Of a DNA stretch of 64,000 bases, positions 1 through 16,931 are shown in pieces. Within the stretch, counting starts at the first letter, position 1. Each line of letters opens with the position of its first letter. The stretch is from Dictyostelium discoideum (taxonomy: Eukaryota), in the NCBI GenBank assembly GCA_000004695.1, contig CM000154.2, positions 4,032,001 to 4,096,000 on the forward strand. Reading direction: 5' to 3'. Below the pieces are notes generated by a model. It had not been told where the DNA came from. It searched no databases and saw nothing but the letters and a program-made list of their open reading frames with translations. The translations under genes and the position numbers were made by a program.

Positions 1-1830
1 ATTAAAACCATTGCAAAGAGTATTGGATTATTAGAAGAAGAGATTGATTTCTATGGTAAATATAAAGCTAAAGTTAGTTTAGAAGTTATTGAACGTTTAA
101 AGGAAACCGAGAATGGTAATTATGTGGTTGTTACTGGTATAAATCCAACACCATTGGGTGAAGGTAAATCAACAACAACCATTGGTCTTTGCCAAGCATT
201 GGGTGCACATTTAGGTAAGAAAACATTTGCATGCATTAGACAGCCAAGCCAAGGACCAACCTTTGGCATTAAAGGTGGTGCAGCAGGTGGCGGATACTCA
301 CAAGTGATTCCAATGGAGGAGTTCAATCTTCATATGACAGGCGACATTCATGCCATTACAGCAGCAAATAATTTATTAGCAGCTGCAATTGATACACGTA
401 TTCTTCATGAGGGTACTCAAACAGATGCACAATTATGGAAACGTTTATGTCCAGTCGATTCAAAGGATGGTAGTCGTAAATTTGCACCAATCATGTTACG
501 TCGTTTAAAGAAATTAGGTATTGACAAAACTGACCCAAATCAATTGACAGAAGAGGAGATTAGTAAATTCGTTCGTCTTGATATCGACCCAACTCGTATC
601 ACTTGGAATCGTGTATTGGATACCAATGATCGTTTCCTTCGTGGTATTTCAGTGGGTCAAGGTAAGGAGGAGCAACGTTTTGAGAGAAAAACAAATTTCG
701 ATATTTCTGTAGCCAGTGAGATTATGGCAGTTTTGGCATTATGTACAAGTTTATCCGATATGAGAGAACGTTTAGGTCGTATGGTGGTTGGTCCAAGTAG
801 ATCTGGTGAACCAATCACTGCTGATGATTTGGGTGTTGGTGGTGCTTTGACCGTATTGATGAAGGATGCTATCATGCCAACCTTAATGCAAACACTCGAA
901 GGTACTCCAGTACTTGTTCATGCTGGTCCATTTGCAAATATTGCTCATGGTAATTCATCGATTATTGCCGACCAAATCGCTTTGAAATTGGCTGGTAAAG
1001 ATGGTTACGTTGTCACTGAAGCTGGTTTTGGTGCTGATATTGGTGCTGAGAAATTCTTTGATATCAAATGTAGATCCTCAGGTCTTAAACCAAATTGTGC
1101 CGTAATTGTCGCAACCATCAGAGCCTTGAAAATGCATGGTGGCGGTCCAAAGGTCGTCGCCGGCACTCCATTAGATAAAGCATACACCAGCGAGAATATC
1201 GAGCTCCTAAAGAAAGGTGTCAGTAATCTTGCCCATCATATTAAAAACTTAAAGAAATTTGGTGTTGGTGTAGTGGTCGCCATCAATAAATTCCATACCG
1301 ATTCCGATGCCGAAGTTAACCTTTTGGTTGAGGCTTCTTTAACAGCTGGTGCTAACGATGCCGTTATGTCTGATCATTGGGCTGAGGGTGGTAATGGTGC
1401 TTTGGATTTAGCAAATGCCGTTGAAAAGGCTTGTAAAGAAACTAATAAAGATAACTTCAAATACCTTTATCCATTGGATAAATCAATTAAAGAAAAGATT
1501 GAAACCATTGCAAAAGAAATCTATGGTGCTGATGGTGTTGAATATTCACCAGAGGCCGATGATAAAATCAAATTATACACTACTCAAGGTTTTGATAAAC
1601 TTCCAATTTGTATGGCAAAAACTCATTTATCCCTAAGCCACGACCCTGAAAGAAAAGGTGTACCAACTGGTTTCATCTTACCAATTCGTGATGTTCGTGC
1701 AAGTATTGGTGCTGGTTTCATTTATCCATTAGTTGGCTCAATGGCAACTATTCCAGGTTTACCAACTCGTCCATGTTTCTATGAAATTGATATTGATACT
1801 AATACTGGTAAAATCATTGGTTTAAGTTAA
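1..1830 (+). CDS. Formate-tetrahydrofolate ligase (FTHFS) domain protein, probably the C-terminal part of C1-tetrahydrofolate synthase. The 5' end is truncated by the window edge; the reading frame is open from nt 1 and the stop is at 1828-1830.
   Basis: Frame 1 is open from position 1 ([20 protein letters not shown]...) through ORF 124..1830. It carries the diagnostic FTHFS nucleotide-binding motif [15 protein letters not shown] and conserved blocks such as [16 protein letters not shown] and [11 protein letters not shown]. No intron is needed inside the window. Confidence 0.9.
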   Translation: MKTIAKSIGLLEEEIDFYGKYKAKVSLEVIERLKETENGNYVVVTGINPTPLGEGKSTTTIGLCQALGAHLGKKTFACIRQPSQGPTFGIKGGAAGGGYSQVIPMEEFNLHMTGDIHAITAANNLLAAAIDTRILHEGTQTDAQLWKRLCPVDSKDGSRKFAPIMLRRLKKLGIDKTDPNQLTEEEISKFVRLDIDPTRITWNRVLDTNDRFLRGISVGQGKEEQRFERKTNFDISVASEIMAVLALCTSLSDMRERLGRMVVGPSRSGEPITADDLGVGGALTVLMKDAIMPTLMQTLEGTPVLVHAGPFANIAHGNSSIIADQIALKLAGKDGYVVTEAGFGADIGAEKFFDIKCRSSGLKPNCAVIVATIRALKMHGGGPKVVAGTPLDKAYTSENIELLKKGVSNLAHHIKNLKKFGVGVVVAINKFHTDSDAEVNLLVEASLTAGANDAVMSDHWAEGGNGALDLANAVEKACKETNKDNFKYLYPLDKSIKEKIETIAKEIYGADGVEYSPEADDKIKLYTTQGFDKLPICMAKTHLSLSHDPERKGVPTGFILPIRDVRASIGAGFIYPLVGSMATIPGLPTRPCFYEIDIDTNTGKIIGLS

Positions 1831-2031
1831 AATAAATAAATAAATAAATGAATGAATGGAAATAAATAAAATATATTTTTAAATTATTTAAATATAAAAA
1901 ATAAATAAATAAATAAAAAAAAAAAAGATATTCTTTTTTTTTTTTTTTTTTTTTTATAAATAAAAAAATATATATTATGTTTATTTTTAATTTATTATTT
2001 ATTTATAATAATACAATTGTTTAAATTTAAT

Positions 2032-5497
<3,466 letters not shown>

Positions 5498-5936
5498 ATC
5501 CAAATATTAATTAAATTTAAATTTTGTGTTGAATAATAAAAAATAAAAAATAAAAAATAAAAATTGAGAAAAAAAAAAGTAAAAAATAAAAATAAAAACA
5601 AAAAAAATAACAAAAAAAAAAAATAAAAAATAAATAATTTAAAGTATTTTTAAAAAAATAAAAAAAAAAAAAATAAAAAAAAAAAGGTGCAATTGAAAAT
5701 CACTTACCTAATTAATAATGCTTTATTTATTTCATTTTTAAATTTTTTTGGAATAAAATAAAAATAAAAAAAAATAAAGGGAAAATTAAAGAAATAAAAT
5801 TACTTTTCACACCAACACAAACGTAGTTTATTTGGGAAATTTAAAAAACTCATCCTTGCGCCAAAATGCCGTCAAAAAAAAATAAAATAAAATTAAAAAA
5901 ATAAAATAAAAAAATTTTTAAATTAAAAAAACTAAA

Positions 5937-5984
<48 letters not shown>

Positions 5985-6479
5985 TTTATTTATTTTTATA
6001 AAATAAAATTAAAAGATTAAAAAAAAAATCATAATTATTACAATTTAAATAATCTGTAAGTATGTTTGTTTAATTATTATTATTACTTTTTATTTTTATT
6101 GTTGTAATAATTTTTGGTGGTGTGGTATTTGTAATTATTTATTTATTTATTTTTTTTTTTAATTTTTTTTATTTTTTTTATTTCTTTTTTTTTTTTTTTC
6201 TTCTTTCTTTTTTTTTTTTTTTGTCATTTTAAAAAATTTAATTAATTAAAAACCTTTTTTTCATATCTTTTCCAATTGGAGTTTTTCGCTTTAAAAAATA
6301 AAAAAAAATAAAAAAAAATAAAAAATAAAATAAAAATTTTTTTTTAATTTTTTTTTTTTTTTTCTTTTTAAAAAGGCGATAAAAACTTTTGTTATTAATA
6401 ACACAATAAAATTATTTATTTATAAATTATACTTATTCAATACTTTTGAATTTTAAAACAATAGTTTTTCAAAATAAAG

Positions 6480-6516
<37 letters not shown>

Positions 6517-6520
6517 ATAA

Positions 6521-6551
<31 letters not shown>

Positions 6552-6670
6552 TTTGTGACAATAATAGAAATTATTTCAAAGATAACATTATTTATTATTT
6601 TTTTTTTTTTCACTCAATACACAATACAATAGAAAATATATTAAATATATAATACTATATATATATTTTA

Positions 6671-6784
6671 ATGAAGACACAAACTATAAATGCAATAGGA
6701 GCATGTGTTGTTAGTGATTCACCAGATACATTTTTTAATAGTAATAATAGTTTAAAAGGATGTGGTAGGAGTAGTATTGCTATA

Positions 6785-6853
<69 letters not shown>

Positions 6854-7243
6854 ACAAGACCAATTCAATTAAGTATAATAGACGAAAGCGATAATGTCTA
6901 TAATATTGAAAACGAAGATGATAATAATAGCGCAGGTGATATAATTTTAAATGAACATTCTTCTTCTTCCTCTTCCTCTTCCTCTTCCTCTTCTTCACCA
7001 TCATCATCAAATAATCATTCTATAGCAGGTACACCAAATTCAATGTCACCTTCTTCTTCCTCTTCTTCATTATCTTCATTAACAAATAATACAACATTAA
7101 TAAATAAACTATCATCATCTTCTGATGGAAATAATAATAATAATAATAATAATAGTAATAGTAATGATAATAATAATAATTCAATAGATTTACATTTTAC
7201 TACAACGACAACGACAAATACATCATCAAACGACCAATCATTA

Positions 7244-7275
<32 letters not shown>

Positions 7276-8900
7276 AAATAATGATGAAAATAATATACCA
7301 CCACCACCATCATCATCACCACCAAAATTTAATCCAAAAGATAGACCTATTTCATTACCAAATCAATCAGGTCCAATAAAACATTTTGCACTCGATATAG
7401 GTGGTACATTAGCAAAGTTAGTATATTTCGTTCAAAATAAAGATAAATCAAATGTAAATGAATTAGGAGGTAAATTACATTTTATAAAGTTTAGAACTGC
7501 TGATATAGATGATTGTTTAAATTTTATTATTGGTAAATATTTTATATAATAGTTCTATAATTTGAAACAGAAAAAAAAAAAAAAAGAATTATAAAATCAA
7601 CTAATTATAATTATTATTTTAGAGAATAATTTACATATTGAAGATAGTGGATTACCAAAAGTTGTAAGAGTAACAGGCGGAGGTGCATATAAATATGCAG
7701 AACTTTTCGAAAAGAGATTAGGTTGTAAAATAGTGAAAGAAGATGAAATGCAATGTTTAATTTGGGGCACAAACTTTTTATTAAATAATATTAAAAGAGA
7801 ATCATTTACATATTCAACAACACCAAATGCAATTTCACCAAAAGAATTTATTGATAAAACTGTATGCTTTGATTTGTTTTTTAAAATTATATATATATAT
7901 ATATATATTATACTAATATTCATTATTATTATTATTATTTTAGGATAATCATTACCCATATTTATTAGTTAATATTGGATCAGGTGTTAGTATTATAAAA
8001 GTTGAAAGTGAAACTAGTTTTCAAAGAGTTGATGGTACAAGTTTGGGTGGAGGTACATTTTGGGGATTATGCAGTTTGTTAACTGGTGTATCAGATTATG
8101 ATGAAATGTTAGAGATGACAAAGAATGGTCAATCGAATCATGTTGATTTGGTTGTTGGTGATATTTATGGTACGGATTATACAAAGATTGGGTTATCTTC
8201 TGACACAATTGCAAGTAGTTTCGGAAAGGTGATCTATGAGAATGAAAAGAAGAAAATTAGTGGAGAAGAAAATATTAAAAAGGAAGATATAGCTCAAAGT
8301 CTATTGAAAATGGTATCGAATAATATCGGTCAAATAGCGTATTTAAATTCACAACGTTATGGTTTAAATAAAATTTATTTCGGTGGTTTCTTCATTAGAG
8401 ATCATCCAAATACAATGCAACGTATTTCATTTGCCATTGATTTTTGGTCAAAAGGTCAAACAAAGGCTATGTTTTTAGTACACGATGGTTATTTAGGTGC
8501 ACTTGGTTCATTTTTGGCTCCTGACGAAGACGATTTAATTTCAAATGACGACGATGACAATAATAATAACAATAATAACAATAATAATAATAATATTGAT
8601 TCTTCAAGTAGTAATAATAATGATAATAGTGGTGATGTTAAAGTCAAAGGTTCAACATCTTCAACAATCGTTAATCAATCAAGTTGGTGGAAACGTAAAA
8701 CTAATTTCGAAAGTTATATTTCAAAATTATTTTCACCAAAAACTTCAAACACAACTATAACTACAACTACAACTACAAATGTAAATAGTAACAATATCAA
8801 TAGTAGTAATGAAAATACACTCCAAAATGTTTTAACAAAAAGTAGTGATAATTGCGAATGTGGTTGTGATTTTTGTAATTTCTTGTCATATGAAATTTAA
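6671..8900 (+). CDS. Pantothenate kinase of the eukaryotic type II (fumble) family, with a poly-N/poly-S N-terminal extension. Exons approximately 6671..7532, 7623..7861 and 7944..8900.
   Basis: Exon 1 ends ...KHFALDIGGTLAKLVYF..., the PanK N-terminal ATP site. Exon 2 reads ENNLHIEDSGLPKVVRVTGGGAYKYAELFEKRLG. Exon 3 reads LVNIGSGVSIIKVESETSFQRVDGTSLGGGTFWGLCSLLTG...FGGFFIRDHPNTM. The introns have a GTAAAT donor at 7533 and a GTATGC donor at 7862, with TTTTAG acceptors. Phases are consistent with the ORF-track frames at 7733 and 8043. Confidence 0.85.
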
Positions 8901-9397
8901 AAGCAGTAACAGTAAAAAAAAAAAAAAAAAAAAAAATAGGAAAATAAAAAAATAAAAAAAAAAAAACAGGAAAAAAATAAAAAAAAAAAAAAAAAAAAAA
9001 AAAATAGTAATAATATTAATAAAAAAAAATAATAATCCTTAAATTTTATGGATTTAAAGGGTTTATCCAAAAAAAAAAAAAAAAAAAAGACTCGCGAGAT
9101 GCGCATCAAAAAAAATTTTATTTTTTTCTTTTTTATTATTTTTATTTTTTTTTTTTATTTTTTTTTTGTTTTTTCATATTTTTTTTTTTTATTTTTTTTT
9201 ATTTTTTATTTTTTATTTTTTTACTTTTTTTTCAAAAACGATCATTTATTGTTGGTGTGAAATAATTTGTGAAATTGTATTATAGTGCGAAATAAACACA
9301 ATAGAAATTGAAAATAGAATAAGAATAGATATAATATAAAAATACATTTAAAAACACAACAAATATATCAAATATTAAATAAAATAAAAAATAAAGA

Positions 9398-10036
9398 ATG
9401 TCAAAATATATTATAAACGCAGAAGCATTATTAAAATATTCAAATCCAACTAAAGGTACAAATGGTTGGATTCAACCAAAACTTTCAACTAGACAAATTG
9501 AAGTTTTTAAAAAACATGTTACTCGTAATCTTAAATTGGAATGGCCTTTACCAGCAAGAGAAAAGAAATTAAATCCAGAAAGAACATCCAAACTTACAGG
9601 TTGGGAAAGAAATTTAGTTCCAAGGTGTGTACCATTAATTAATATTATGGTTCATCAATCATCATCATCAATTATCGCCATCATTTAATTTGTGATTCAA
9701 TATATTAATATATATTATTATATTATTACTATTTTATTTTTTATTTTTTATTATTATTATTTTATTAGACAAAAGAAAATTCAAGAATCAATTGCAAATA
9801 TGCCAAAACTTATTGCAGAGAAATTAAAAGCATCAATTGAAAAGAAGAAGAAAGAATCAGATAATGTTTTCACTTCATTCATTCCAAATTATTTACCATT
9901 GGGTCCATATGGAAATAATGATACACCAAAAGTTATGGCTTTAAGAAAGATTGCCAAGAAAGAAAAAGAATTAAAGAAAGAGAAATTAATTGCATTGGCT
10001 TCTGCTAAAGCACCAAAAAAAAATAAAACAAAATAA
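9398..10036 (+). CDS. Small lysine-rich hypothetical protein of about 165 aa, possibly a mitochondrial or ribosomal-associated basic protein. Two exons, approximately 9398..9624 and 9769..10036.
   Basis: ORF 9398..9688 runs into a GTGTGT donor at 9625 (…NLVPR). ORF 9692..10036 is entered through a TTTATTAG acceptor ending at 9768, and the phase-2 join gives ...ERNLVP-R-QKKIQESIANMPK.... The C-terminus is very basic (KKEKELKKEKLIALASAKAPKKNKTK). No family assignment is possible by eye. Confidence 0.5.
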
Positions 10037-11665
10037 AACAAAATAAAAAATAAAAATAAAAAAAAAAAATTTATAAATTATTTATTTGGATGTTTAAATG
10101 ATTTTATTATAATAAAGTTAATTTTTTTATAAAATAACTAAGATTTTTTGAAAAAAAAAAAAAGTGATTAAAAAAGGTATTTTTCAAAATTTGAAATAAT
10201 TATTTTATGGAAATTAATTAATTTTTTTGAGTTTGCAATAATTAAATTAAAAATATTTATAAATAAAAACATTTTTTTTATTTATTCAAATAAATTTTTT
10301 TTTTTTTTTTGAATTAAAAAAAATTAAAAATAAAAATAAAAAGTGAAAACCATTTCCACATTCTCTTTTTCTAATAAATCAATTTTGATTTAATGTTTTT
10401 TCACCTTTCAAAATTTTTCAATTCAAAAAAGGGCAATGCCATAACTACAAAAAAAAATAATTTTATCCATTTTTGGAAAAAATGAAAAAAAAAAAAATAA
10501 AATAAAATAAAAAATAAAAAAATAAAAAAAAATAAAAAAAAAAAAGATTAAAAAAATTAAATGGAATGAGTAAAATTAAAAAGATAATTGAAACAGAAAA
10601 TTAATTTAATTTTTTTTTTTTTTTTTTTTTTTCAAATAGTTTTTTTATTTTTTTATTTTTATTTATTTTTTTTTTTTTTTATTCTATCCCTTATTTGTTT
10701 AGTATTTGTAAAGTATTTGTAAAATTATAAAATTTTAATAGTTTTTATTTTTTTTTTATTTTTTATTTAAAAAAATTATTAGTAATAAACCCAAAACTAT
10801 ATAAATTAGTTCAATAGCATTATTAACAACAATAGTAATTAATTTTAAACTTTAGTTCACACTTTAGTGGTCATATTACAAAAAAATAACAAAAAAAACA
10901 AAACAATTTAATATCAAAAAGATTTCATATATCAAAACTGTTTTTTTTTTTATAATTTTTTTTTTTTTTTTTTTTTTTTTTTCTCATAACTAATAATCAA
11001 TTCCATTTTTTTATTATTTTTATTTTTATTTTTTTTTTTTTATTATTATTAATAATTTTTTATTACTATTCTTTATTATTTCAATTAAAATATATTGGGC
11101 AATCAATTCATTAAATAATTATTTAATCCAAATTATTATTGTTTTTTTTTTATTTTTATTTTTATTTTTATCATTCACTTAATTTGGTCAAAAAAATTTT
11201 CACCCAACTTTTTTTTTTTTTTTTTACATTATAATAAATATCTATCCTCCCAACTACAAACTCCATTTTTTTTTTTTTTTTTTTTTTTTTAATCTCACTT
11301 TCACCACACTATTATTATTGTTTCAGGTGACAATAATTTACCACAAAAAATAAATAAAAAAAAATTAAAAAATAATATTAAAACACATTCCCAATAAAAA
11401 TTAAGGTGGTAAAAATAAAAACAAAAAAAAAAAAAAATAATAAAAAAAAAAATATAATAAAAAAAATAAAATAAAAAAAAAAAAAAAAGCAACAACAAAT
11501 TAATTATTCTTAATATTATTCCAAAATTAACAATACAAATTTGTTATAGGGGAAATTGTATTAAATAGTAGTCTCATATTTATTTTTTTATAAATCTAAT
11601 TAATTTAAAAAAAAAAAAAAAAATATATAAATTATTAAAAAAAAAAAAAAAAGTAAAATAAAAAA

Positions 11666-14544
11666 ATGGAAGCATTATTACCAATAAATAAATCAAATAC
11701 AAGATTAATCATTGTTCATCATTCACTTCCTTTATCATTGCAAAATGTAGGTGATGGTGGATGTAAGTATTTATTTTTTTTTTTTTTTTTTTTTAAATTT
11801 TTTTCCACTAAAACATTTTTATTTTTATTTTTTTTATTTTTTTTTTAAATTTAGATTGGTCATTCCATGATAGAAATTTAGCATCTTTGGCAAGTTCAGT
11901 TCACTTATTAAAAAAAAATAATAGTAAATATAAAATTTAATTTAAATTTAATTAATATATTTATTTTTTACTAATGTTTTTTATTTTTATTTTTATTTTT
12001 ATTATTTTAGTTATAAGTGATTATATTTGGGTTGGATGCCCAGTTAATGATCAATTTCAACCATTAAGTGGTACAGGTAATGATGATTCAGAAGAAGAAA
12101 GTAATAGGTTGTATTCATTACTAGTTGAAAATGATTGTAATCCTGTAGAGACAATCAATCAAAAATTGTATGAAGATGCAGTAATCAATTTTACACACAA
12201 ATTTTTAAAGAATATATTTCACTATGAAGTTAGTGAGAGTAGATTTGATGAAGGTCATTGGAGTTCTTATAAGGAATTTAATAGACAATTTGCAAATAAG
12301 GTGTTACAATTGTATCGTCCAGGTGATATCATTTGGGTACATGGTATCGAGTTATTGACATTACCGAGACTATTACGTAAATTAAATGCTTCAATGTTTG
12401 TTGGCTTATTTTTACATTCTCCATTCCCATCGGTTGAAGTATTTAGATGTGTTTCAAGTAGAAAGCAAATTCTCAAAGGAATGTTGGGTGCTAATTTAGT
12501 CGCTTTTCAAGCCTATTCTTACTCTCGTTATTTCTGTCAATCATGTACAAGATTATTGGGTACACCAGCTGGATTCGATAGTGTAAAATTTAATGATAAA
12601 ACCGATGATAAGAATGGTCGCAACAGTGGTACAAACAATGAACGTATTACAAAGATATCAGTATTCTCTGAAGGTATTGACCCAAATGTAACTCTACAAA
12701 TAATATCACACGAATCAACTAAACAAAGAATCAATGAATTAAAAGAAACTTTTAAAGGTAAAACTATTTTCATTTCAAAGGATCAAGGTGAAGCAAATGA
12801 AGGTACAAAGAATAAACTTTTAGCTTTTGAAAGTTTCTTAAAAAGAAATCCATCATTAGTTAAAGATGTTGTATTATTTTTAATTTGTGAACCAATAAAT
12901 AATAATAACAATAATAATAATAATAATAATAACAATAGTTTAAATGCAAGTTCAAGTGCAAGTGGTAGTAGTAATGGTAGTAGTCCTGGTCATAGTATGA
13001 ATAGTAGTTGTAATGGTTTAAGTTTTAGTGGTTTCGCTAGTAGTTTTGGTTTCATTAGTGGTGGTGGTAATGGTGGTAATAATAGAAAAGATAAAGTAAT
13101 TTCAATGATAAATGAAACCGTTGCAAGAATTAATGGTGAATATGGTAAAGTTGGTACAATACCAATTCAATATATCAATCGTTTTGTAGATTATGAAGAG
13201 ATTTGTTCATTCTTTCAGGTTGCCGATATTTTATTATCTGCACCATTAAGAGAGGGTATGAATTTAGATACTCATGATTTTGTTGCTTCACATAGAATTA
13301 AGAATTCCAATGGTTATGATAACAATGATAAACCTGGAATTTTAATATTAAGTGAATTTGATGGAGCTTCAAGATGCTTTAGTGGTGCAATTTTAGTTAA
13401 TCCTTATAGCGTCAACCAAATTAGTCAAGGTATTGAAACTGCATTTCATTTAAAGAATGAAGAAGCAGTCATTAAACATAATCAAAATTTAGAATATGTA
13501 ATGACCAATACAAGTTATCTATGGGGTGAAGCATTCCTTTATGATATCCTATCACTTCAAGATCAATTGCAATCACAACAACAAGAAATGGTTGATACTT
13601 GTTATTTGGATATTAAAGTTTTAGATAAATCTTATAGATTAGCTGATAGAAGATTATTGATATTTGATTATGATGGTGCATTTATGTGTTTCCAACAGCA
13701 ACAACAGCAACCATCACATCAACAACAAGATAATTCACAATCCCAATATTTACCAGCAAAGATTGCAAATATTTTAAAGAAACTTTCAAAAGATACAAAA
13801 AACATTATTTATGTTATTACAAGTAGAGATGCAAGTACCTTTGATAACCTTTTGGAGAATATACCAGGTGTTGGGTTAGGTTGTGAACATGGCTCTTTCT
13901 TAAAATCATCAACCGGTATTCATGGTGGTATTGAAGAATGGCAAAATCTATCAGAGGGTATCGATTTATCATGGAAAGAGATGGTGGTACCTATATTGGA
14001 ACATTTCTGTGAACGTATACCAGGTTCATCTTTGGTAGTAAATAAAGTGACCGTTGCTTTCTCCTATGAAAATTGTTTCTCTGAATATAGTAGTGAGAAT
14101 GCTCAAGAGTTACTCACAACTCTAATGGAAGTAGCTGGTAAAACTCCAATCGATATTTCAAATTCAAACAAAGTCATTGAAATTAAACCATCAGGTACCG
14201 GTAGTAGTATTGCAATGAAAAAAGTAATGGAAGAGAATCCTGAAATTGATTTCATGCTTTGTATTGGTGATGAAAAGACTGAACAAGGTGTTTTTGACCT
14301 ATTGGATAGATTAAATCCAAATCATTTCGCTGTTTCCGTAGGTAAAAAGAAATCTTATACAAAATATTTTGTAAATAATCAAAATCAAGTTTTATCAATG
14401 TTGGAATTGGTCTCAAATTATTTAAATGTTTCTTCACCTCCTACAAATTTTCATTCATACTTAAATTCAATCTCATTAAAAGCAGAATCAAGTCCAATGG
14501 TTGAAACTTCAACTCCAAATCTACCATATTCTTTACCAATTTAA
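11666..14544 (+). CDS. Trehalose-6-phosphate synthase fused to a trehalose-phosphatase domain: GT20 glycosyltransferase plus HAD-type TPP. Exons approximately 11666..11762, 11855..11923 and 12011..14544.
   Basis: Exon 1 reads MEALLPINKSNTRLIIVHHSLPLSLQNVGDGG, matching the TPS N-terminus (RLxxVSNRLP). Exon 3 carries IWVHGIELLTLPRLLRK, FLHSPFPSVEVFRCVSSRKQILKGMLGANLVAFQAYSYSRYFCQSCTRLLG and INGEYGKVGTIPIQYINRFVDYEE. The C-terminal LLIFDYDGAF...ITSRD motif is the TPP domain. The introns have a GTAAGT donor at 11763 and a GTAAAT donor at 11924. Phase was checked against the ORF 11974 frame. Confidence 0.85.
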
Positions 14545-15053
14545 AAAATTATATAATAAAAAAAAAAATAAAAATAAAAAATAATAATAATAACAAACAA
14601 TTAAAAAATAACATTAATATAAATTCATAAAATATATAATCCAATCTTAACAATATTTTTTACTTTTTAGTTTAAAGAAAAAAATAAAAAATTTAAATAA
14701 AGTTACAAAATTAAAAAAAAAAAAAAATAAGATATAGATTGGATGAATTTTTATTAAGGATATAAAATTTTCAGCAGCAAAAATTTATGATGTGATGGTT
14801 GGTCATCTTTTTTTTTTTTGCTTTTATTTTTTTATTTTCCAAGCACGCCCTTTATTTTTATATTCGAAAAAAATATCTTGAAATTTTCTATAAAATTTTT
14901 AAAAGAAAAAAACACATCTTTTTTTTTTTTTTTTTTTTTTAAACCTGATTTTTAAAAAAATTTATATGGGAAAAAGCAAATTTAACATTTTTGTAACATT
15001 TGAATTTGTTGTGTTTTAATTGATATAAATAGTATATATAAAAAAAAAAAGAC

Positions 15054-15941
15054 ATGGATATAGATAATTCTATTTTAATAAGGGTATGATCCAATTCTAA
15101 AAATAAAATTATATTTTCATTTTCAAATTTTAATTGTTAAAAAATAATAAAAAAATAAAAAAAAAATAGGTTGTTCTTTTAGGTGATTATTGTGTTGGTA
15201 AAACAACTACAGGATTTGTTTTTGATGGTAAACAATTTGATTTTTCTCGTAATTGTAATATAGGTGTTGATTTTTTTGTTAAGCATATAGTTGTTGATAA
15301 TCAATGTGTTAGACTACAAGTAAGTAAAATAATATTATTATTTTAATTAAATTATTCAATTATTTTATTTTTAAAACACATATTTAATTTTTTTAATATT
15401 TTTTACTACAATTATTAATAAACTTTTTAAATAAATGATTACAAAAAAAAAAAAAAAAAAATAGGTGTGGGATACTGGAGGTCAAGAAAGATTTAAAACA
15501 ATTACAAGATCTTATTTTAGAAATACAAGTTGTTGTTTATTATTTTTTAGTGTTGATGATCAAAAATCATTTGAAAATATAGATATGTGGTATTCGCTAG
15601 CTTTTGAGAAATATGATTTACTTAATTATCCAGTAGTTTTAGTTGGTAATAAAATTGATCTTCCACAAGAAAAACATGTTATTACAAAAAAAATGGCTGA
15701 AGAATGGTGTAAAAATCAACAGACTAAATTGAATCTCAAATTTTCAATACCCTATTTTGAAACATCTGCTAAAAATAACATCAATATTAATGAAATATTC
15801 TATAGTGCCGCTGAACTTGGTTTAAAAAATATTGTATTTAAAAATAATAATAATAATAATAATTATAATAATAATAATAAATTAAATGGAAATAAAGAAA
15901 TTCAAAATGAAAAAAATAAAGGAATGTGTTTTATATTATAA
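15054..15941 (+). CDS. Rab-family small GTPase of about 219 aa, with a C-terminal CAAX box (CFIL). Exons approximately 15054..15083, 15170..15319 and 15465..15941.
   Basis: The joined product is MDIDNSILIR + VVLLGDYCVGKTTTGFVFDGKQFDFSRNCNIGVDFFVKHIVVDNQCVRLQ + VWDTGGQERFKTITRSYFRN...LVGNKIDL...FETSAKNNININEIF...GMCFIL. It has the P-loop GxxxxGKT, G3 WDTGGQE, G4 GNKID and the Rab-type G5 ETSAK. The donors are GTATGA at 15084 and GTAAGT at 15320; the acceptors are ATAG and AATAG. The exon 1/2 junction has an alternative acceptor 13 nt downstream, so the N-terminus is less certain. Confidence 0.75.
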
Positions 15942-16203
15942 TAATGATAATAAAAAAAAATAAAAAAAATGATCAGAAAACAAAACAATTATTTGTGATT
16001 TGTGAAATGCAACTCATTTTCAAAAAAAAAAAAAAAAAAAAATCTTAGGAATTTTCCAAATTTTTAAAAATATCTTTTTTTTTTTTGTCTCTTCTGTTTT
16101 ATATTTTTTTTTATTTTTTAATTTTTTTTTTTTTTATTTTTTTTTTTTATTTTTTTTTTTTTTTTTATTTTTTTATTTTCAATCAAAAAATCAGAAATAA
16201 ACG

Positions 16204-16842
16204 ATGAAATTATTAAATATTTGTTTAATAATTTTAATAATATCATTATATAATGGTGTAGAAGCAAGATTTAAAACACCAATTGGTAAAAAGATTGATA
16301 GAATGATTAGAGATTTACATGGTGAAGTACCAGTATTCTCAAATGAATCTTTAATTTTTGAACAAAATGTTGATCATTATGATTATTTTAATAATAATAC
16401 ATTCAAACAAAGATATATTGTAGTTGATGATTATTTCACTGGTGATGGTCCAATCTTTTTTTATTTAGCAGGTAAATAATAAATAATTAATAATAAATAA
16501 TAAATAAATAATAATAATATTAATATTCATTTATTATTATTTTATTATTTTTAGGTGAAGCACCAATGGGATTCTTTGGATTCCAAGAAGTTCAAGTTGT
16601 AAATTGGGCACAAGATTTTGGAGCATTATTCATTGTATTGGAACATCGTTATTATGGTGAATCATATCCAGTTGATGATTTATCAACTCACAATTTAAAA
16701 TATTTAACATCACAACAAGCACTTTCCGATGCTGCTAACTTTTTATCAACTTATAAACAAGATAATAATTTAATTGATAATCAAGTTGTTGTATTTGGAT
16801 GTTCTTATTCTGGTAATATTATAGAAACATATATACATATAC

Positions 16843-16931
<89 letters not shown>

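Noticed and set aside
120-1636. ORFs 120..326 (-), 657..875 (-), 1005..1187 (-) and 1415..1636 (+) overlapping the FTHFS gene.
   Set aside because: They are wholly contained in, and out of frame with, a strongly conserved FTHFS reading frame, so they are spurious.
8897-9260. Overlapping ORFs 8897..9109 (-) and 9048..9260 (+) encoding poly-F/poly-K peptides.
   Set aside because: They are translations of intergenic poly(A)/poly(T) tracts with no codon structure or homology. They are typical AT-rich artefacts.
11301-11498. ORFs 11301..11498 (-), 25690..25991 (+/-), 37879..38073 (+), 47499..47690 (+), 19239..19421 (+), 20139..20384 (+), 21356..21779 (+/-) and 35271..35484 (+/-).
   Set aside because: All lie in homopolymer-rich intergenic DNA and encode F/K/I/L/Y runs. 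They have no start-context support or splice-joinable partners.
14545-15053. Searched for tRNA genes (GGTTCGAATCC/GTTCGA B-box, GC-rich 70-90 nt islands) throughout the intergenic regions.
   Set aside because: I found no B-box-like motif or cloverleaf-capable GC island by eye. Absence cannot be proven without tRNAscan.
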